Part shown: positions 20,787 to 25,830 of the stretch, in pieces
How the letters are laid out: every line of letters starts with the position of its first letter
How positions within the stretch are numbered: position 1 is the stretch's first letter
Source: Octopus sinensis
Lineage: Eukaryota
Assembly: GCF_006345805.1 (NCBI RefSeq)
Contig: NW_021836019.1
Coordinates: 1 to 25,830 of the forward strand
Length of the DNA: 25,830 nucleotides
Direction: 5' to 3'
Program-made: the position numbers and the translations under genes
Notes under the pieces: generated by a model
What the model saw: only the letters and a program-made list of their open reading frames with translations
Databases searched by the model: none
What the model was told of the DNA's origin: nothing

Positions 20787-21185
20787 CATGGAGTGGTTGT
20801 TTGATAGGAGGTTTGCTTCCCCACCACATAATTCTGGGTTCAGTTCCACTGCATGGTACCTACTATGCCTTTTACGATAACCTTGAACCAACCAAAGCCT
20901 GAGTGGATTAGGTAAATGGAAACTGACAGAAGACTGCCCTGTGTATATATGTATGTATGTGTGTGTGGGTGTGTCTTTGTGTTAGTGTTTGTCCCACCAC
21001 CACTGCTTGACAACAACTGTTGGTGTGTTTACATCCCCATGACTTAGCAGTTGAGCAAAAAAGAGGGATACAGTAAGTACCAGGATTAAAAAAAATGTAT
21101 AGGAGTCAATTCATTTGACTAAAATTCTTCAAGATGTGGTGCCCAAACATGGCCACAGTCCAATGACTGAAACATGCGGAAAGAT
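20787..21185 (+). mobile_element. Family B SINE, old full-length copy
   Basis: GGGTTCAGTTCCACTGC...CCAAAGCCTGAGTGGATTAGGTAAATGGAAACTG...CATGGCCACAGTCCAATGACTGAAAC. Confidence 0.75.
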
Positions 21186-21238
21186 ACACACACACAGTCA
21201 TAAAGACTCACACACACACATTCATATATACATACATA

Positions 21239-21400
21239 CTTTATTTAAAAGCAGCAGAAATTCAACAAAACCTGTTACTCAGAGTTTCACACTCCCGTTT
21301 GTCGGACAGTTTTATTAAAAAAAGAAAAAATGTCCGACGAACGGGAAAGTGAAACTCCGAGTAACAGGTTTTGTTGAATTTCTGCTGCTTTTGAATAAAG
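21239..21400. repeat. Foldback inverted repeat (about 70-bp arms, about 22-nt spacer) carrying hammerhead-like motifs
   Basis: CTTTATTTAAAAGCAGCAGAAATTCAACAAAACCTGTTACTC...GTCGGACA versus TGTCCGAC...GAGTAACAGGTTTTGTTGAATTTCTGCTGCTTTTGAATAAAG, with about 5 mismatches. Confidence 0.95.
21331..21366 (+). ncRNA. Candidate minimal type I hammerhead ribozyme (U4C variant)
   Basis: TGT-CCGACGA(21334)-ACGGGAAAGT-GAAAC(21351)-TCCGA-GTA(21361)-ACA. Helix I is TGT/ACA and helix III is ACTC-C-GAGT. Confidence 0.45.
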
Positions 21401-21486
21401 CATATTACTCTACCTCTGGTATTTGAGTACTCTTTTTTCCACCTTGTTTCACATTCATGTGTTTACTCCGGTATATATATATATCA

Positions 21487-21735
21487 CATGACCAACAGAG
21501 CTATCAGATGTTGTTACACATCACTGGTCACAATACACTTTTGCATTGTTTTAGCCTCCATATGACACCACCTCGCTGGCTAGGCAATGAGGCCAATATT
21601 TGCCCCCAATCGAAAGTGGGGACTGGAGCAATGTGAAACAAAGTGCTTTGCTCAAGAGACAATATGCCGCCCCGTCAGTGAATTGAACCCATGATCTAGC
21701 AATTGTGAATACAACAGCCTCACCACACTAGGGCA
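21487..21735 (-). mobile_element. Older tRNA-headed SINE sharing tail type 3
   Basis: 21492-21583 is the reverse complement of 21997-22090. A degenerate tRNA-like head lies at 21670-21735 (GGGTTCAATTCAC on the minus strand). Confidence 0.7.
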
Positions 21736-21795
21736 CGTACTTTCACTATATATATATGAATGCCTATATATAAATATATATATATATTTTTTTTT

Positions 21796-22092
21796 GTGGA
21801 GGCGCAATGGCGCAATGGCCCAGTGGTTAGGGCAGCGGACTCACGGTCATAGGATTGCAGTTTCGATTCCCAGACCGGGCGTTGTGAGTGTTTATTGAGC
21901 GAAAACACCTTAAAGCTCCACGAGGCTCCGGCAGGGGGTGGTGATCCCTGCTGTACTCTTTCACCACTCTTTCTCCCACTCTTTCTTCTGTTGGCCTGCT
22001 CGCTTAGCCAGCGGGGTGGTGTCATTTGAAGGCTAAAACAATGTGAACGCATTGTGACCAGCGATGTGTAACAACATCTAATGGACTGGTCG
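21796..22092 (+). mobile_element. Family A SINE, copy 3 (tail type 3)
   Basis: Same head as copy 1, with an 8-bp duplication GCGCAATG. After CTCTTTCTTCTGTT it continues GGCCTGCTCGCTTAGCCAGCGG...GTAACAACATCTAATGGACTGGTC. Confidence 0.85.
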
Positions 22093-22486
22093 GAAGAGAG
22101 AAGAGAGAATATATATATATACATATACATATGCATATATATGTAAACATACATATACACATATATATACATATATATGTGTGTGTGTATGTGTGTGTGT
22201 GTGTGTGTGTCTGTATATATATCATCTTTACCCAACCTATTCTCATTGCCATCACCCTTCTTTGACAAGACAGTAATACAGTAATGGATATTATATAAGT
22301 TTGCTCCACTTTGTAAGGATGGTTGTTCATTCAGTTTAATTGGAAAACTTAGAAAGACTTTGAAAATGAGTGCCATATCTACTTATTTAGTTAGTTATAC
22401 ATTACGTATAAATGTTTCTACGTCAGTTTTGGTATAGTTTCTATGGCTAGATACCCTTCCTAATGCCAACTACTTTACATAATATA

Positions 22487-23010
22487 TGAGGGGTTGCTGA
22501 AAAGTTCGTGGGTTTGGATAAAAGAAAATACAAGGGAATCAATTAATTAAGATTTTATTCAACACTAGCAGTATCGCCCGGCGTTGCTCGGGTTTGTAAG
22601 GGAAATAACTGTATAAGCATTTTTAGAGAGTTACTTCCCTTATATAACCCGAGCAAAAATCATTAAAAATGCGGGAAATGATGGTAAATTTTTTTTTTAA
22701 TCGTAGACTCATCGTAGACAAACGCTAATACCCAGAAGGGCTCAATATGAATCACGACTATAAGATACCTGCTTTTGGTTAAACTGCACTGCAAAATGTG
22801 GGAGTAGTTAGGAATCTAAATCGGAGGAGACAGACTCTCACACACACAACTTCAATTTTATATATAAAGATATTCCCCCCTCAGATTCACACACTTATTG
22901 GAGCAGCCCTTCAGTTTTTCTAAGCCCTGTAAAACAAACTCAGATGATTGGGCTTCCAACCGGGACTTTCGCGATACCCTTAAAACCAGGAATTTTTCAG
23001 CACCCCCTTG
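22487..23010 (-). mobile_element. Non-autonomous mariner element (MITE) with TA TSD, interrupted by a Helitron
   Basis: TIRs TGAGGGGTTGCTGAAAAGTTCGTGG and CCAGGAATTTTTCAGCACCCCCTTG, with TA at 22485-86 and 23011-12. With the insert removed, the minus strand encodes GLEKLKGCSNKCVNLRGEYVE*, a mariner transposase C-terminus. Confidence 0.85.
22565..22870 (-). mobile_element. Non-autonomous Helitron
   Basis: Minus strand reads A|TCTTTATATATAAA...CCCGAGCAACGCCGGG(hairpin, 22577-22592)CGATACTGCTAG|T. It has a 5' TC, a 3' CTAG and a subterminal hairpin, and sits between A and T with no TSD. Confidence 0.9.
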
Positions 23011-23135
23011 TATGTAAATACGATATCCCTCATATATATATCATGTATTATGATAGTGAAGTTAATGTCAAGCATAAACAAATTCTTTTAGCTGACATAT
23101 GCCTGCAAATGGTTTGTCAGCTTTCATCCATGGGA

Positions 23136-23577
23136 AAGTTGACTAAATGGTTCTTGGTCTCAAGCATTTGTCTTATGAAGAAAGGCTGAAGACACTCAAC
23201 CCTTATTCTCTAGAAAAACGACGACGCCGTGGTGATCTCATTCTTGCTCACAACATCATAAGCGGAAAGTGTTACCTCTCGAAAGAGTTGTTCTTCACTC
23301 CTGCTCCAGAGCATCGGCTGCGGGGTCACTCCAAAAAGCTCTATCTGCGACGATTTCATCTCAATCGAAGGGGAGGGGCTTTCTCCGTCTGGGTTGCGGA
23401 TCCGTGGAATATGCTGTCGGACGAGATAGTGAAGATGCCGACAACCGCTCGGTTTAAAGTCTCCCTTGACCACAAATGGCCTGAACTCTTTGCATGAACA
23501 CCACCCTGTACATAACTCCATGTCCCTTTACATGGCCATGCTTTTTGCTTTTTGAGCCAAAAAATTAACTTAACTTA
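23136..23577 (+). mobile_element. 5'-truncated CR1-clade LINE: ORF2 C-terminus (23147-23497), 3' UTR and (TAACT)n tail
   Basis: LSYEERLKTLNPYSLEKRRRRGDLI...RLRGHSKKL...PWNMLSDEIV...FKVSLD matches the CR1 ORF2 C-terminal pattern (LSYEERL, RGDLI, RGH..KL, WN.LP, FK..LD). It ends TTAACTTAACTTA. Confidence 0.9.
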
Positions 23578-23611
23578 TAACCGCAATTTTGTTTTAAATT
23601 TTTTTATGACA

Positions 23612-23850
23612 AATAATCATCATTTAATATGCACTTTTCCATGCTGGTGTGAATCAGCAGGAATTTAGGGAGGCAGATTGTCTATGGTTAGATGCCCTTC
23701 CTGTCATCAACCCTCATCTGTTTCCAACCACAGTAATATATCTTTGTGATCTGGCATGTTTTTTGAAAGAAGACTGAAAATGAACAACACTGCTTGTGTG
23801 ATGGTGAAGCTTGTTTACAACCATCAAATGATGTCAAGACAAGAAAACAT
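23612..23850 (-). mobile_element. Family D repeat (family C-related)
   Basis: ATCATCATTTAAT...TTTTCCATGCTGG...GATGCCCTTCCTGTCATCAACCCTCATCTGTTTCCAA; shared with 8060-8210. Confidence 0.6.
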
Positions 23851-23865
23851 AACACACATCATCAT

Positions 23866-23950
23866 CATCATCATCATCATTTAATGTCCCTTTTTTTCCA
23901 TACTGGCATGGATTTGACAATTTGACAAGAATTAACAAACCAGAGGCTGG
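23866..23950 (-). mobile_element. Family C tail fragment
   Basis: (CAT)nTTAATGTCCC...TTCCATACTGGCATGGATTTGACA. Confidence 0.55.
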
Positions 23951-23954
23951 TTTA

Positions 23955-24590
23955 AGTAGATAGGTAGATGAGAAAGGCCGATAGGTAGGAGTATGTATGT
24001 AGGTAGGGAAATCGGAAAGGAGGTAGACAGGTAGGAAGGAAGGTAGGTTAAGGGGCCTATAGGTAGATCGGTAGGTAGGTAGGTAGGTAGGTAGGTAGGT
24101 AGATAAGTAGGTAGGCAGGTAGGTAGGTAAGTATGTAGGTAGGTAGGTAGGTAGGTAGGTAGGCAGGCAGGTAGGTAGGTAGGTAGGTAAGTACGTAGGT
24201 AGGTAGGTAAGTAGGTAGGTAGGTAAGTAGGTAGGTAGGTAGGTAGGTAGGTAAGTAGGTAGGTAGGTAGGTAGGTAGGTAAGTATGTAGGTAGGTAGGT
24301 AGGTAGGTAAGTAGGTAGGTAGGTAGGTAGGTAGGTAGGTAGGTAGGTAGGTAGGTAGGTAGGTAGGTAGGTAGGTAGGTAGGTAGGTCAGTAGTAGTAG
24401 TAGGTAGGTAGGTAGGTAGGTAGGTAGGTAGGTAAGTAGGTAGGTAGGTAGGTAGGTAGGTAGGTAGGTCAGTAGGTAGGTAGGTAGGTAGGTAGATAGG
24501 TAAGTAGGTAGGTAGAGAGGTAGGTAGATAGGTAAGAATTTGTAGGCAGGTAGCTAGGTAGGTAAATAGGTAGGTAGATATATTTGCCAA
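23955..24590. repeat. (GGTA)n tetranucleotide satellite
   Basis: More than 100 GGTA/AGTA units. It explains the PTYL ORF at 24057-24596. Confidence 0.97.
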
Positions 24591-25744
24591 CTTCATATTT
24601 CATCTTAAGTGAAACTTCACAAAGGAAAAACTATAAAGTTGCTAAGCAAAAAGAAATGCAATATTTAAAGAAAAAAAAGAAAGTATGGCAGAAAGAAAGA
24701 AAGAAAGACAAAGAGAAAGAAGGAAAGAAAAAAAGATAGAAGGAACAAAGGGGGGGGGGGAAATCAGAAATATATAGCAGTTATGCTTAATATCTTCGAG
24801 CCATAAGAATTTAAGAAAAAATGAAAAACACTTAATTTTGAAACACAGCTTTTAGTTGGGATGTTTTAAATGTGTTTTTTTCCTTTGTTATTTTATTTTA
24901 GTGAAATCTTTTTTTGTTTTTTTTTTTTTGTTTTTGTCGTTTTTTTTCTTTTTCTTTTTACCTTGCTTGGATGGCGAGGGTGGCTAATGTAAAAATGTTC
25001 TGTCTGCGGCAGAATGGAATGGAAATATGGTTTCATTTAATTCTTAGAAATGACGAGACGTCTTTGCGATGAGCAATGGGGGGAAGAAATACAGACAACT
25101 GAAGCAATTCCAGAAGAGAGAAACGGTTTGGCAGATGATGGGGTGGGCGTGGGGGGAATGTTATGCCTTCAGCAAAACTATATTCATTTCTCTCCCATTC
25201 TTCATATATATAATATATATACATACATACACACACATGCATATATACACACATGCACATACATATATACATGCATACATATACATACATATATACACTG
25301 ACACATGTATGTATATATATATATATATATATACATGTCTATACATGTATAGACTCACAATATATACAACACAAACACACACACACACACAGCTGCATAT
25401 ACAATATTAATATTCGTTCATTCATTTATGCTTTGTGTCTGTTTTTCCATGTTGGCATGGGTTAGAGGAGTACATATAATTAAAGCATTGCTTTATAGCC
25501 TGATGTCAGTTTTGTTGGTTTTTCAAGTGAGAGATTTTTTTTTTTATATCTTGCATGTCTTCAATATTTGTAGAATTTGCAGCTGATTCATTGACAAGAC
25601 ATTTTCAATGAAGTTCACCGTTTATAACTATATTTTTGTATGTGTGGAACAGAAACAGTCAGACAATCACATGCACATGCATGACCACATACACACAGGC
25701 ACATATATATATATATATATATATATATACAGCCATACACATGC

Positions 25745-25830
25745 AGGCTTTGTTCAGTTTCCATCAACAAGATTCACTCACTGTGCATTAGTCAGCTCAG
25801 GGTAATAATAGTACAAGACGCATGCCCAAG
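25745..25830 (-). mobile_element. Family B SINE middle fragment running off the window edge
   Basis: CAGGCTTTGTTCAGTTTCCATCAACAAGATTCACTCAC...GCCCAAG. Confidence 0.55.

Noticed and set aside
24057-24596. 179-aa PTYL-repeat protein
   Set aside because: It is a translation of the (GGTA)n satellite.
25050-25301. 83-aa ORF MTRRLCDEQW...
   Set aside because: It has no good donor, runs into a microsatellite and shows no recognisable motif.

Overview
AT-rich, repeat-saturated eukaryotic DNA. The repeat families and microsatellite load are most consistent with an octopus or related coleoid cephalopod genome (inference from pattern recognition, no search run). No complete gene is present, and nearly all ORF-track entries are translations of microsatellites or SINEs. 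The window holds three tRNA-headed SINE families (here A, B, E), many RTE-like (GAT)n-tailed fragments, a decayed DD34D mariner transposase, a CR1 LINE 3' end, a mariner MITE interrupted by a non-autonomous Helitron, and a cluster of TTAA/piggyBac-like MITEs. It also has several tandem arrays that grew out of SINE ends and a few short candidate exons on the + strand. The most striking unexplained signal is three distinct minimal type-I hammerhead-ribozyme-like motifs (3859, 18101, 21334). Each has a near-palindromic helix III, and two sit in long foldback inverted repeats, which suggests Penelope-like-element relics. A multimeric SINE carries one 15-bp TSD pair and the same unit junction at two loci. 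Family labels A-E are my own, and boundaries of degenerate copies are approximate.
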